A stretch of 64,000 nt of DNA from a virus (lineage: Duplodnaviria > Caudoviricetes), in IMG/VR virus record IMGVR_UViG_3300045002_000015, positions 1-64,000 of that record. One strand, written 5' to 3'. Below the pieces are notes generated by a model, which ran no database searches, was not told where the DNA came from, and worked only from the letters and a program-made list of their open reading frames with translations. The translations under genes were made by a program, and so were the position numbers. Each line of letters begins with the position of its first letter. The stretch's first letter is position 1. Positions 44,756 to 54,377 of the stretch are shown one piece after another.

Positions 44756-45493
44756 ATGGACGACCAGGTCATCGACGACACGTGGCGGGCCGTCCCCGTC
44801 CCGCCCGAATTGCGCGGCGCAGTGCTGAAGGAACAGCGGTCGTTCGCGGCGATCGCCAAGCAGGAACGTCTCGCTTCCGCGCGCTGGGCACGCTGGTCGG
44901 CGCTGGCGTCCAATGTGGGCACCCTGATCACCATCGCCATCCTCGGGCTGGTGCATTACCGCCAGCAGCCGCAGCCGCCGCAGTTCATCGTGCTGAACAG
45001 AACCGATGCCGGCGTGGCCTACAGTGCGGTGCCAGCCAAGGACGCGGCGAAGCTGTTCGACTCCATCGATCGCCAGGACGATGTGCAAAAATACGTCAGC
45101 AACCGGCTCGGCTACATCGACGTCATGGACCACGAGCAGTGGGCCACCGTGCGCGCCATGTCCACGCCCGAGCAGTTCCTCGAATACGAGGCATGGCGCA
45201 AGTCGCCGCTATCGCCGCAGAAGCAACTCAATACCGACGGCCATGTGCTGCTGACCGACTGGATGGATGATCCGCACCCGATCCACTCGGCCGACGATGT
45301 GTGGAGCTACACGATCACGGTGCGAACGCAGCAGGTCAAAGGCCAGCGCATCGAACCCGGCAAGGAAACGTGGCGTGTCACATTGAGCTTCCGCTACGTG
45401 CCCGACCTCAAAATGCTCAACAACCTCGAGGACCGGCGCCGTAATCGCCGGGGCTTCCAATGCATCACGTTCAAGCAGGACCAGCTATCGTGA
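44756..45493 (+). CDS. virB8: VirB8
   Basis: Single TM, PQFIVLNRTD, YVSNRLGY, VRAMST, RRNRRGFQC. Confidence 0.85.
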   Translation: MDDQVIDDTWRAVPVPPELRGAVLKEQRSFAAIAKQERLASARWARWSALASNVGTLITIAILGLVHYRQQPQPPQFIVLNRTDAGVAYSAVPAKDAAKLFDSIDRQDDVQKYVSNRLGYIDVMDHEQWATVRAMSTPEQFLEYEAWRKSPLSPQKQLNTDGHVLLTDWMDDPHPIHSADDVWSYTITVRTQQVKGQRIEPGKETWRVTLSFRYVPDLKMLNNLEDRRRNRRGFQCITFKQDQLS

Positions 45494-46461
45494 GAGCCGC
45501 CGCCTTCGCCTTGCTGATCGCCCCGGGGATCGCGATGGCGCAAGGCATGCCGCAGCCGCTCAAGGTCGATCAGCACTCCTTCGAAGTGCCGTACAATCCG
45601 GATCAGACCTATCCGGTCACGATGCAATACGGTCTGCAATGCGTTGTACAGATCGCGCCCACCGAGCAGATGCTCTATACGATCTTCAATCCCGGCTCGC
45701 CGGTCGAAAGCCTCAATCCGCAGGATCAGCGGCAGGATGATCCACTGATCAATAGCGTGCCGCTGGTCGGCGCGCAGCCGGGCGGCCCGGTGTCGGTGAC
45801 GATTATCGCCAAGGATGTGACCGGCCGTCAGCATGTGTATCCGCTGCTGGTCACCGTCCTGAAGCCGCCACCGGCGGATGCGAGAAATCCGGGCCAGATC
45901 GCGCCCGGCGTCTGTCTCAAGATGAAGTTCACCTACACGCCGCAGCAGCTTGCGGACATTTCGCCCGCCGGGCCGCGCAAGCCATCATGGAAAGAGCAGC
46001 AGGCGGCGAAGGCAGCGGCGGTCGCCAAGGCCCGGCTGAACGTCGACCCGTTCTATGGCCCGCAGAACGATGACTACAGGTTCTCCGGCCGGGACCGTGA
46101 TATCGCGCCGCGCTATTCGCCGCATGACAACGGCACGGTGACACTGTTTCCGTATGTCGGACCGGCGCCCACCGTGCTGCTGGTCGAGTCGCATGGCATG
46201 CCGAACATCTGCAAAGGGCTGAAGCCCTCGGCAGAGGAATTGCACGGCCACGAGGAGGCGCTGAATCAGGACAAGTACCTCGACCAGGTGCTGGTGCACG
46301 CAACGGGCTGGCATTTCCGGTTGCGGGAGAATTCGACCTCGGCTCCGAACACGCGCGGCAAGGTGCTCGAGGTCTGGAACTGCGGCTATAACCCGCAACC
46401 CGATCCGGGCACCGGTACCGACTCGACCGACGTGGTGCGGAGGGTCATCACCGAGCGATGA
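45490..46461 (+). CDS. virB9: VirB9/TrbG
   Basis: Signal peptide, VPYNPDQTYPV, HDNGTVTLF, VWNCGY. Confidence 0.85.
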   Translation: MRAAAFALLIAPGIAMAQGMPQPLKVDQHSFEVPYNPDQTYPVTMQYGLQCVVQIAPTEQMLYTIFNPGSPVESLNPQDQRQDDPLINSVPLVGAQPGGPVSVTIIAKDVTGRQHVYPLLVTVLKPPPADARNPGQIAPGVCLKMKFTYTPQQLADISPAGPRKPSWKEQQAAKAAAVAKARLNVDPFYGPQNDDYRFSGRDRDIAPRYSPHDNGTVTLFPYVGPAPTVLLVESHGMPNICKGLKPSAEELHGHEEALNQDKYLDQVLVHATGWHFRLRENSTSAPNTRGKVLEVWNCGYNPQPDPGTGTDSTDVVRRVITER

Positions 46462-47543
46462 GCGATCTGCTGGCCGCGCCGCGTGGCCCGCAGCAAGGCC
46501 GCGGAGTTCTGCGCCGGCTGGCGCGATCGCGCATGCTCTGGCTGGCCGGCGGCGGTATCATGCTGGCGGTGGTGCTTTACTATGCCATCCCCGACGCGCC
46601 ACCGCCGCCGCCACCGCCACCACCACAGCACCCGGCGCCCAACGTGGCCTACGATCCGCCCACCGCGCCGCCGCAGACCCGGGCGGCGCCGCCCCCAGCG
46701 CCGGCCGCCATGCCAGCGGCGGTCACCCAGCCGCAGGCGCAGCCAGCCGTCGAGGAATATCCGCGCCTGCCGCCGTTGAAAATGTACTCCTTCGGCAACC
46801 GTAACTTCACCCCGGAATACCTGAAGCCGGCGCAGGCGCAGGCCGAGGCGACCACCAAGCGCGAGACCGACCGTATCGCCTATACATCGCCGAAAGTTCC
46901 CGCAATCCGATCGATGACGATCAAGGACCGGACCTATGAACTGCCGGCATTCAGTACCATCCCGTGCGTGCTCGATACCGCCGTCGTCACCGGCGCCGCC
47001 GGCACCACGCCCTTCCGCTGCCATGTTAGCACACCGAACGGGCGCGGCGTGCAATCGCCCGCCCATACGGTGCTGCTCGAGGACAACACCACGGTCGGCG
47101 GCTACTACAAGTCGGTGGTCAGCGAGGGCGACAATCGCGTGGTCATGGTCACGGCGCAGGCTGAAACCCCGTTCGGCGTGGTCGTGCGCTTTGGCGATAT
47201 GCCGGTCGCCGACCAGTTGGGCGCGGCCGGCGTGCCGGGCGCGGTCGACAACCACTGGGGCCAGCGCATCGGTGGCGCATTGATGCTGGCGCTCGCCGAT
47301 ACCGCGGCCTCGCTCGCGCAGGCCGAATTGCAGAACATGGGGCGATCCAACAATTCGCAGTTCAATTTCGGTTCCACCGGCGGCATTTCGGGGCTGTCCC
47401 AGGTCACCAATGCGATCCTCGGGAAGACCATCAACATCCCACCCACCATTACGCTGCACCAGGGCGATCGTATCCTGCTGTGGGTGACGGAAATGGTGGA
47501 CTTCTCGCCTTCCTATGAAGTCGTGCCGCGGGAACGGCAATGA
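46458..47543 (+). CDS. virB10: VirB10/TrbI
   Basis: TM + Pro-rich linker, IPCVLDTAV, ADQLGAAGVPGAVDNHWGQRIGGA, INIPPTI. Confidence 0.92.
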   Translation: MSDLLAAPRGPQQGRGVLRRLARSRMLWLAGGGIMLAVVLYYAIPDAPPPPPPPPPQHPAPNVAYDPPTAPPQTRAAPPPAPAAMPAAVTQPQAQPAVEEYPRLPPLKMYSFGNRNFTPEYLKPAQAQAEATTKRETDRIAYTSPKVPAIRSMTIKDRTYELPAFSTIPCVLDTAVVTGAAGTTPFRCHVSTPNGRGVQSPAHTVLLEDNTTVGGYYKSVVSEGDNRVVMVTAQAETPFGVVVRFGDMPVADQLGAAGVPGAVDNHWGQRIGGALMLALADTAASLAQAELQNMGRSNNSQFNFGSTGGISGLSQVTNAILGKTINIPPTITLHQGDRILLWVTEMVDFSPSYEVVPRERQ

Positions 47544-48520
47544 AGGCAACCCGCGCCCTGCGGCATCTGATGGCGCCGTTTGCGCATCATCTGGAGGACA
47601 CCGAGGTTACCGACGTCACCATCAACGAACCATACGAGTATTGGGTCGAGCGCGCCGGGCAATGGCGGCGCTACGAACACGCCGCGCTGTCGCTCGCGCA
47701 TCTGGACGCGCTCGGGCTGGCTGCCGCCGCCGAAACGTCGAAAGACTTTTCGCGCGCCAATCCGCTGTGCGGCTCGACGCTGCCGGGTGGCGAGCGCATT
47801 CAGATCAATCGCCCGCCGGCCACCATCGGTGACCGCATCACGGTCGCGATCCGGCGCCCGTTCCATCGGCGCATGCTCCTCGACGATCCGGACTTCGATG
47901 AGATGGTGGAGGAGGTCAATACCGGCGGTTCGCGCAAGGAGCGGGCCAGTGGCGAACTGATGCACCTATTTCGCGAACGCGCGTGGCGGCGGTTTCTCGG
48001 ACTGGCCGTCGAGCAGGGTATGAGCATCGGCATTTGCGGGGCTCAAGGGTCCGGGAAGAGCGAGCTTGCCAAGAGGCTACTCCGCCACGTGCCGGACTGG
48101 CGCCGCGCGATCACCATCGAGGACGACAGCCCGGAGTTCGGCGATGCCGGCCCGCCGAACCGCGCGGGCTTTCTCTATGGCACGGTGGGCCTGCGCAAGG
48201 TGATGCCGGCGGCGCTGCGCATGCGCGCCGACGAGGTGATCTTCCAGGAGGCGCGCGGCGAGGAAGTGTATTTCCTCGCCCAGGCCGCGCTGCGCGGCGC
48301 GCGCATCATGACCACCTGGCACGCCGAGTTCGGCCGCGAGTTCGAGGCGCTGGCGTCGATGTACCGCCAGTCCGAGTTCGGCCGGGTGATCGGCGATGAC
48401 GATCTTCATGCGCTGCTGCGCCGGCTGATCGATATCGTGGTCTGGCAATACCGCGATGCGCGCGCGCAGAAGTTCCGCATCGCGCGCATCTGGTTTCGGG
48501 GGGAGGAAAAAGAGGCATGA
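47540..48520 (+). CDS. virB11: VirB11 ATPase
   Basis: LPGGERIQ, CGAQGSGKS, AITIED, ALRMRADEVIFQEARG, MTTWHA. Confidence 0.92.
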   Translation: MKATRALRHLMAPFAHHLEDTEVTDVTINEPYEYWVERAGQWRRYEHAALSLAHLDALGLAAAAETSKDFSRANPLCGSTLPGGERIQINRPPATIGDRITVAIRRPFHRRMLLDDPDFDEMVEEVNTGGSRKERASGELMHLFRERAWRRFLGLAVEQGMSIGICGAQGSGKSELAKRLLRHVPDWRRAITIEDDSPEFGDAGPPNRAGFLYGTVGLRKVMPAALRMRADEVIFQEARGEEVYFLAQAALRGARIMTTWHAEFGREFEALASMYRQSEFGRVIGDDDLHALLRRLIDIVVWQYRDARAQKFRIARIWFRGEEKEA

Positions 48521-49899
48521 AGCGATTGATGGCGATTGCCGCCGCGTTGGCGCTGCTCGGTGCCGCACCACCCGCCCAGCCGCCGTGCCAGGGCACATCG
48601 AACGGCTTCACTGTGACGCAGGGCGGCTTCGTCGATCCCGCCGGCCATCCGTGGCACGCGCGCGGCGTCAACATGGACACCAAGGATGCCATGCCGATGG
48701 CGAACGGGCAGTTTTTCCAACACTTCCCCGGCACAACATTCATCCGGCTCGCCGCCAACTGCGATACCGATACCACGGCGGTGCTCGATCCGATCGTGCT
48801 GGCGGTGACCGGATCGGGCCGCGTGCTCAGCCTGGAGGATCATCACGATACCCAGGGCGGTCGGAACACCGCCTGCTACCAGGCATGGGGCAAACGCTAC
48901 GCCAGCAATGCGCTGGTGTGGTACGAGACGCCGAACGAGCCGCCCGCGAGCATGACGGGAGCGCCGCAGACGGCGATCATCAACGCGCTGCGCGCGGCCG
49001 GCGTGACCGCGCCGATCGGCATTCAGCCGATCTGCTGCGAGGACCAATCGAATGTGCCCGGCGTGCTGGCCAGCGTGACCTCGAAGGCCAATCTGTACGT
49101 CAGCATGCACGTCTATTGCGGCGATGGCGCGGATGCCTCCTGCCCCACCAGCTACCCGAAGAGCGCGAGCCAGCCCGCCTACGGCCTGTTCCATCTGATC
49201 GATGAGTTCGGCGATGCCGCCGACGGCATGAAGCAGAACCAGTACGGCCCGGCGCTGGTGCGGGCGATGACCGATTTGGCCGACGGCATCTTCTGGCATT
49301 GCTGCAACGGGTTCCATGAAACCGACTCCGCCTGCACGGATCAGGGCTGCGGCGGCCTGACACCGGACGGCAACGTGCTCAAGCCGTGGCTCTCGTCGAC
49401 CGGCGGGAGCTGCCCGCTCAGCGCCCAGACCTCGGCGCCATCGGCTGCCGCGCAGGCCGAGCTGGAACCACTGCAACAGCAGATCGACAGCCTGACCCAG
49501 GGCGCCGCCGCGCTGCTCAACCGCGCGAACCAATGGCTGGCGCCGAGTGCTGAAACAGCCTCGTCGCCGCCACCCCAGGCCGCCCAGGCGGCGCCGCCAC
49601 CCGTCCCGGTAAGTCCGGCCGCGCAGGCCAGCCCGGCGCCCCAGCGCGTTCAGAGCCTCCTGGCGGGGGCGCCCCAGACCAGCGCCGCCATGCAGTCGGC
49701 GCTTCAGGACCTTCAGAACGCGCTCCAGCAGTTGGGGACCGCCGATCCAGGCGCCACCGATGCGAATGCCGGGGCGGCGATGCCGGCCGCGCCGGCCGCG
49801 CCGACGAAGCAGCCAGCCAGCGAGCGCCCGGCCGGTATCGGGCAGGATGCCTATCACCCGCCTGCCGGCTGGCATGAAGGCGACGGCGATGACGACTAG
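48517..49899 (+). CDS. Secreted GH5 (cellulase-family) glycoside hydrolase with A/Q/P-rich tail
   Basis: Signal peptide; ARGVN, FIRL, LEDH, WYETPNEP, SMHVY, IDEFG, GIFWH. Confidence 0.8.
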   Translation: MKRLMAIAAALALLGAAPPAQPPCQGTSNGFTVTQGGFVDPAGHPWHARGVNMDTKDAMPMANGQFFQHFPGTTFIRLAANCDTDTTAVLDPIVLAVTGSGRVLSLEDHHDTQGGRNTACYQAWGKRYASNALVWYETPNEPPASMTGAPQTAIINALRAAGVTAPIGIQPICCEDQSNVPGVLASVTSKANLYVSMHVYCGDGADASCPTSYPKSASQPAYGLFHLIDEFGDAADGMKQNQYGPALVRAMTDLADGIFWHCCNGFHETDSACTDQGCGGLTPDGNVLKPWLSSTGGSCPLSAQTSAPSAAAQAELEPLQQQIDSLTQGAAALLNRANQWLAPSAETASSPPPQAAQAAPPPVPVSPAAQASPAPQRVQSLLAGAPQTSAAMQSALQDLQNALQQLGTADPGATDANAGAAMPAAPAAPTKQPASERPAGIGQDAYHPPAGWHEGDGDDD

Positions 49900-51763
49900 G
49901 CAAAGCCGGTGCACGGCGCTGGTCTGCGCGCTGCTGGCGTTGTGGGAGGTGCTGGCTTCCCTGGCGTTGGCCTATGCGCTGCCGGGGCTGGCACGCTTCG
50001 GGCTGCTCGCCTGGTTCGGCGGTTATTCGGTCCGTCCCAACCCGTACTTTGGCATGCTGCAATACCTGGCGCCGTTGCTGCACTTCCATGCGCTCTCGCG
50101 CACCACCTGGCGCGCGCTCGAACTGGCCAGCGCCATCGGCGCGGCGGGTGTGCTGGCGGTCATTGCCATCATGATCCGTCTCGCCACGCTGGCGCGGTTC
50201 CGCCGCCGCTTCGTCCGTTGGCCATGGCAATCGGAGGATGATAGCCCGCGCCCTTTAGAACGCGGCATCAGCGATAACCACGGCCACGCCCGGATGGCCG
50301 ACGAGGCTTGGCTCCTGCGCGAGTTTCCGCCGCCCAGGCGCGATGATATCGGCATCAAGGTGGTAGGCTTCACCGAGCGGGGGCATCTGCTGTTCGACGA
50401 CTACAGCGAGCGCAGCCGAGTCACGCTCGAATTCAGCGGCACGCGCTCAGGGAAAACCGCGAGCCTCATATCCACCATCGCCTATTGGGCGCGCGCCGGC
50501 CTGCCACAGGTGATCCTCGATCCATCGTGCGAGATCGGGCCGATGATGTGGCGCCTGTTGGCGCTCGAACTTGAGTGCGAGGTCCGCATACTGAACGCCG
50601 ATCCCGATCCGCGCGACGGCAACGGCGATCCGGTGCCGTGGCGCCACCTGATCGCTTGCTATGACGCGCTCGGCTGGATGGATATCAACGATCCGTACGC
50701 CTCGGCCAACGTCCAGACGATGGCGAGCTATTTCGTCGAGGTGGAGAACGCGCGGCCGACCGAAAACGAGGTATTCTTTCGCGACTCGGCGCGCGACCTG
50801 ATCGCCTGCGTCATGGCCCACATCCTTTGGTACCAAGGTCCCGACGCGCCACCGAAAACCCTGGAAACGGTGCGCGCGGTTCTCAGTCTGGGCGATACCG
50901 AGCTTCGATGCTACCTGACCAAGGTGCACTACGAGTCGAACAGCAGCATGGCCCGCCAGTTGGCAGGCGGCTATTTCGAACTGGACGGCAGGGCCGAGGA
51001 AACCTTCGGCAACATCAGTTTCACCGCGCGGCTGGCGACGTCGTGGCTGTCCAACCCGCAGCTTTGCGCGATGGTCTCGGGTGACGACTTCCGTGCCAAT
51101 GATATCACCGAAAAGCGTCCCGTCGCGGTGATCATCCAGGTGCCGATGCATGTCATGCTGGCCCACAAAGGCATCGCCCGCGTCGTATTCGGTTCGTTCT
51201 TTACCGCCAAGATCGCCGCGCGAAACATGAATGATGCATTGTTCATGCCCGACGAGTGCTGGCTGCTCGGCAAGACGGAGGCGCACAAGACGGCGCTGTT
51301 CGCCGGCGGCAAGCACGGCATCGTCATGCACATGCCCTGGCAGAGTCTCGGCCAGATGGAGGACGTTTGGGGCCGCGACGGCCGGCGGTTCTGGCTGGAC
51401 AACGCCGCCTATGTGATATTCGGCCGGTTGCGCGATCCCCAGGTCGCCAAGGAAGTCTCGGAGGCGATCGGCACCATGGCGGTGGTCGCCGTGAGCGAGG
51501 GCGACAACAAGGGTATGCAAGCCGGCATTGGCATCAGCCGGTTCAGCCGCGGCCGCACGGTCAACCGCCACGAAATCAAGCGGCCGGTGCGCATGCTCTC
51601 GGAGATCATCTCCGATCTGGAGCGCGACGACCTGTTGCTGATCGGGCTGGCGCGCCCGGCGCAGATTAAGCGGGCGCTGTGGTTCCGCATTCCCTGGCTG
51701 GCTGCGGCGATCGATCCCAGTCCCTATGCACGGCAGGATGAAATGGAGGAGGAAGCGGCATGA
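49889..51763 (+). CDS. virD4: VirD4/TraG type IV coupling protein
   Basis: Two N-terminal TMs, SGTRSGKT, VILDPSCE, MPDEC, WQSLGQM; ATG 49889 overlaps GH5 end. Confidence 0.9.
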   Translation: MTTRQSRCTALVCALLALWEVLASLALAYALPGLARFGLLAWFGGYSVRPNPYFGMLQYLAPLLHFHALSRTTWRALELASAIGAAGVLAVIAIMIRLATLARFRRRFVRWPWQSEDDSPRPLERGISDNHGHARMADEAWLLREFPPPRRDDIGIKVVGFTERGHLLFDDYSERSRVTLEFSGTRSGKTASLISTIAYWARAGLPQVILDPSCEIGPMMWRLLALELECEVRILNADPDPRDGNGDPVPWRHLIACYDALGWMDINDPYASANVQTMASYFVEVENARPTENEVFFRDSARDLIACVMAHILWYQGPDAPPKTLETVRAVLSLGDTELRCYLTKVHYESNSSMARQLAGGYFELDGRAEETFGNISFTARLATSWLSNPQLCAMVSGDDFRANDITEKRPVAVIIQVPMHVMLAHKGIARVVFGSFFTAKIAARNMNDALFMPDECWLLGKTEAHKTALFAGGKHGIVMHMPWQSLGQMEDVWGRDGRRFWLDNAAYVIFGRLRDPQVAKEVSEAIGTMAVVAVSEGDNKGMQAGIGISRFSRGRTVNRHEIKRPVRMLSEIISDLERDDLLLIGLARPAQIKRALWFRIPWLAAAIDPSPYARQDEMEEEAA

Positions 51764-51984
51764 GCGATCGACACCATCGGCGGCAGGCAGAACGCATAGC
51801 GCAGCGCCAGCAGCAGATCGAGCGGCACATCGCCGCCGAGGTCGCGCGCGGGCGCGAACTGGAGGCCGAACGGCGGGCCGAGCCGGACGGGCGGCAGTTG
51901 GAATTCGATAGCCTGTCAGGCGTCAAAAGCGCTAAGGAAAAGGACGATCCTGAACCGCAAAGGGGGCGCTCAAGATCGCCATGA
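51760..51984 (+). CDS. Small charged protein with Arg-rich C-terminus
   Basis: ATGA overlap with virD4; ends EPQRGRSRSP. Confidence 0.55.
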   Translation: MSDRHHRRQAERIAQRQQQIERHIAAEVARGRELEAERRAEPDGRQLEFDSLSGVKSAKEKDDPEPQRGRSRSP

Positions 51985-52109
51985 GAAGTCAGATCGCCTT
52001 CGCGCTCGCGCATCCGGTGTTCGATCCCGACACCCAGGTCGTGCGCGGCCATTTCTGGCGCGCCGGCAACCTCTCATTCGGGCTGACGGCGAATATTGGC
52101 ATCGAGTGA

Positions 52110-52397
52110 ATGGTCTATGCCGGCGGGCGGCCATTGTGGCAACTATCCATTGCTGTCCACGATGCCCGCGCGCCGGTACCGGTGCTCCGTTGGAGCCCGA
52201 CCGATCACCGCCGCGCAGAAGCCGCCCGCGATCGCATCTTCGCCATGTGTGGCACCGACGAGTCACCCATCGCACCCGAAGGCGAGGAGGCGGCGCTGCT
52301 GCGCGTGACGCGGCAGTGGCGCAAGCCGCTCAGCATGGCCGAGGTGGCCCAGCTTGCGCCGACACCGGAGGTCAGGACACGTCCTGGTCGCGCGTAG
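52110..52397 (+). CDS. Hypothetical protein (in frame with upstream 42-aa ORF 51981..52109)
   Basis: TGA 52107-52109 immediately followed by in-frame ATG. Confidence 0.4.
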   Translation: MVYAGGRPLWQLSIAVHDARAPVPVLRWSPTDHRRAEAARDRIFAMCGTDESPIAPEGEEAALLRVTRQWRKPLSMAEVAQLAPTPEVRTRPGRA

Positions 52398-52623
52398 ACG
52401 GGTCGCCGGGAACCCAGCGGCCAACGGCTGGATCGCGGCCGACCGGCGGATAGGGCAGCATGTAGAGCTTCCTGGACCGCGTTCCGCATGTCGGACACCG
52501 TAGCAGCCGGCACCACAGCGCCCATATCTTGAGCGGCACATTGACCGGCTGCCAGGCGTTCCAGCGACGGCCACAAGCGCCGCAGCGCAGCCAAAGCGGT
52601 TCGAATCGCGGGCGGTCGTCCAT
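52372..52623 (-). CDS. Small Zn-ribbon protein
   Basis: CGAC and CPTC. Confidence 0.5.
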   Translation of the reverse strand: MDDRPRFEPLWLRCGACGRRWNAWQPVNVPLKIWALWCRLLRCPTCGTRSRKLYMLPYPPVGRDPAVGRWVPGDPSTRDQDVS

Positions 52624-52664
52624 CGGCTACTATAACCGCCCAGCGAAGAAAAAAGGAGCGGGGA

Positions 52665-52955
52665 ATGTCCGGTAGTAACCGATTGCGCAGCGGCGCCGAG
52701 CGTATGCGCCAGTTCATGCAGCCGCCGTTTCCGTTGCGGGTGCGCGACGCACCGTACGACTGCTGGGAAATCCGCAACGGGCAGTTGGAGATTTGCGGCT
52801 ACATCCGCGGCCGGCACGGCCGCTATGAGTTCTGCCTGCATGACTGGCGGAACGCCGAGTGGACCCGCACGACGCAGCGGTTCCGCGATCTCGCGGCGGC
52901 GCTCGTGCGCTGGTCAGATGCCTCCGACAATGGGAAGGCGCAGGACGATATATAG
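52665..52955 (+). CDS. Hypothetical protein
   Basis: RBS AAGGAG; 96 aa. Confidence 0.5.
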   Translation: MSGSNRLRSGAERMRQFMQPPFPLRVRDAPYDCWEIRNGQLEICGYIRGRHGRYEFCLHDWRNAEWTRTTQRFRDLAAALVRWSDASDNGKAQDDI

Positions 52956-52988
52956 GCCACGGACGGCAGAATAACTGAACAATACCCC

Positions 52989-53023
52989 TTGCCACCCCGC
53001 CCCGGCTGGTATATATATAGGCC
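52989..53023 (+). promoter_or_regulatory. Promoter with TGGTATATATATAGGCC box
   Basis: TTGCCA(52989)-N17-TATATA; box 53007-53023; partial copy TATATAGGCC at 52949. Confidence 0.7.
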
Positions 53024-53041
53024 AGACAAGGGGATGGACCG

Positions 53042-54076
53042 GTGGCCTGCTTCGATCATACCTATGGCGTCGAAATCGAGTGCTATCTGCCGGAAGGCTC
53101 CACAGCGGCCGACGCGGCGGCCGCAATCAATGCGCGGCTGGGCGCCACCGGGCGCTGCGCGGCCGAGAGCTACAATCACCTCACCCGCGACCATTGGAAA
53201 ATCGTTCCCGACGGCTCGCTCGGCGACTACGCTCGCGGCATTGAGGTGGTCTCCCCAGTCCTGCGCGGTGAGGCGGGGCTTGAGGCGCTGAGCCGCGTCA
53301 TGGACGCGCTCGAGGACTTCGGCTGCACGGTATCGCGCCGCTGCGGCCTGCACGTCCATGTCGGGATCGGCCCACGGCGAACGGACTTCTTCCGGCGCCT
53401 GCTCAAAGCCTACGCTCATTTCGAGCCGGTGATCGACAGCCTGATGCCGCCATCGCGGCGAGCCAGCGCCAATCTCTACTGCCGCTCCGTTACCCATATC
53501 GCGTTCACCGCCATCGATGCGGCCGTCAGTCTCTCGACCCTTATAGGGCTGATGAGCGCGCGCGCCGAAGCGCGCTATCACAAGCTGAACCTCGCGGCGC
53601 ATCGGCGCTACGGCACGGTCGAATTCCGCCAGCATTCGGGCACGCTCGATGCGACCAAGGCGCGCAATTGGACGCTGCTTTGCCTGCGCCTCGTCGATGC
53701 GATCATACAGGGCCGCGATCCGCGCGCGGCGGCCGTCGCGCCGGGACAAATCAACCGCGCCCCAGCGGACAGCAAGGCCCGGCTGGTCGGTGACCTCATG
53801 CTGCGTCCCCAAGGCGTAAGCCGGCCCGAGGCGATGGCGGCAACCGGATGGCCTTCGATCTCGCTGCCGCAGCAGGCGGCGATATGCGGGCTTTCCTTCA
53901 CCACCCAGCGAACTGGTAATCGGACCCGCTATTTCGCCCGCGCCGCGCAGGCGTCATCCGCCACGCCCGCGACGCTGGAGGCGCTGTTGCAGTTCTGCGG
54001 CTGCGCACCACCGGAATGCGCTTACTTCCGCGCCCGTGCCCGGAACCTCTCGCCTCAGGTGCAGTGGGCCGCTTGA
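53042..54076 (+). CDS. Putative amidoligase (COOH-NH2 ligase type 2) with DUF3489-like winged-helix insertion
   Basis: TYGVEIEC, WKIVPDGSL, IEVVSPVL, CGLHVHVG, RYHKLNL, TVEFRQHSGT; SKARLVGDLMLRPQGVSRPEAMAATGW. Confidence 0.85.
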   Translation: MACFDHTYGVEIECYLPEGSTAADAAAAINARLGATGRCAAESYNHLTRDHWKIVPDGSLGDYARGIEVVSPVLRGEAGLEALSRVMDALEDFGCTVSRRCGLHVHVGIGPRRTDFFRRLLKAYAHFEPVIDSLMPPSRRASANLYCRSVTHIAFTAIDAAVSLSTLIGLMSARAEARYHKLNLAAHRRYGTVEFRQHSGTLDATKARNWTLLCLRLVDAIIQGRDPRAAAVAPGQINRAPADSKARLVGDLMLRPQGVSRPEAMAATGWPSISLPQQAAICGLSFTTQRTGNRTRYFARAAQASSATPATLEALLQFCGCAPPECAYFRARARNLSPQVQWAA

Positions 54077-54107
54077 AACCGCCGGACGAGTGGTATTTAT
54101 ATAGGCC
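54073..54107 (+). promoter_or_regulatory. Second promoter with near-identical TGGTATTTATATAGGCC box
   Basis: TTGAAA(54073), box 54091-54107, same 12-nt offset as the 53007 copy. Confidence 0.7.
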
Positions 54108-54121
54108 GAAGGAGGGCCAGA

Positions 54122-54361
54122 ATGGCTGAAATACACCCCCCAAGCAAGCGGGCGGAGGCCCGCGAAGGCATTCGGCCGGAGGTGCTGATCTCCTGGCGCG
54201 AGCGCATGGGCTATTCGCAGCGCGAGGCGAGCGAGGCGCTGGATTGCTCGCGCGCCGCCCTGCGGCACTGGGAACAGGGCACGAACCGTATCCCGCGCTA
54301 CATCGGGCTGGCCTGTGCTGCGCTCGCGCTTGGCATGACCGCCTATGGCGGTAAGAAGTAA
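54122..54361 (+). CDS. Short XRE HTH regulator
   Basis: WRERMGYSQREASEALDCSRAALRHWEQG..IPRYIGLACAAL. Confidence 0.85.
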   Translation: MAEIHPPSKRAEAREGIRPEVLISWRERMGYSQREASEALDCSRAALRHWEQGTNRIPRYIGLACAALALGMTAYGGKK

Positions 54362-54377
54362 ACGGAGAAGCACATAC

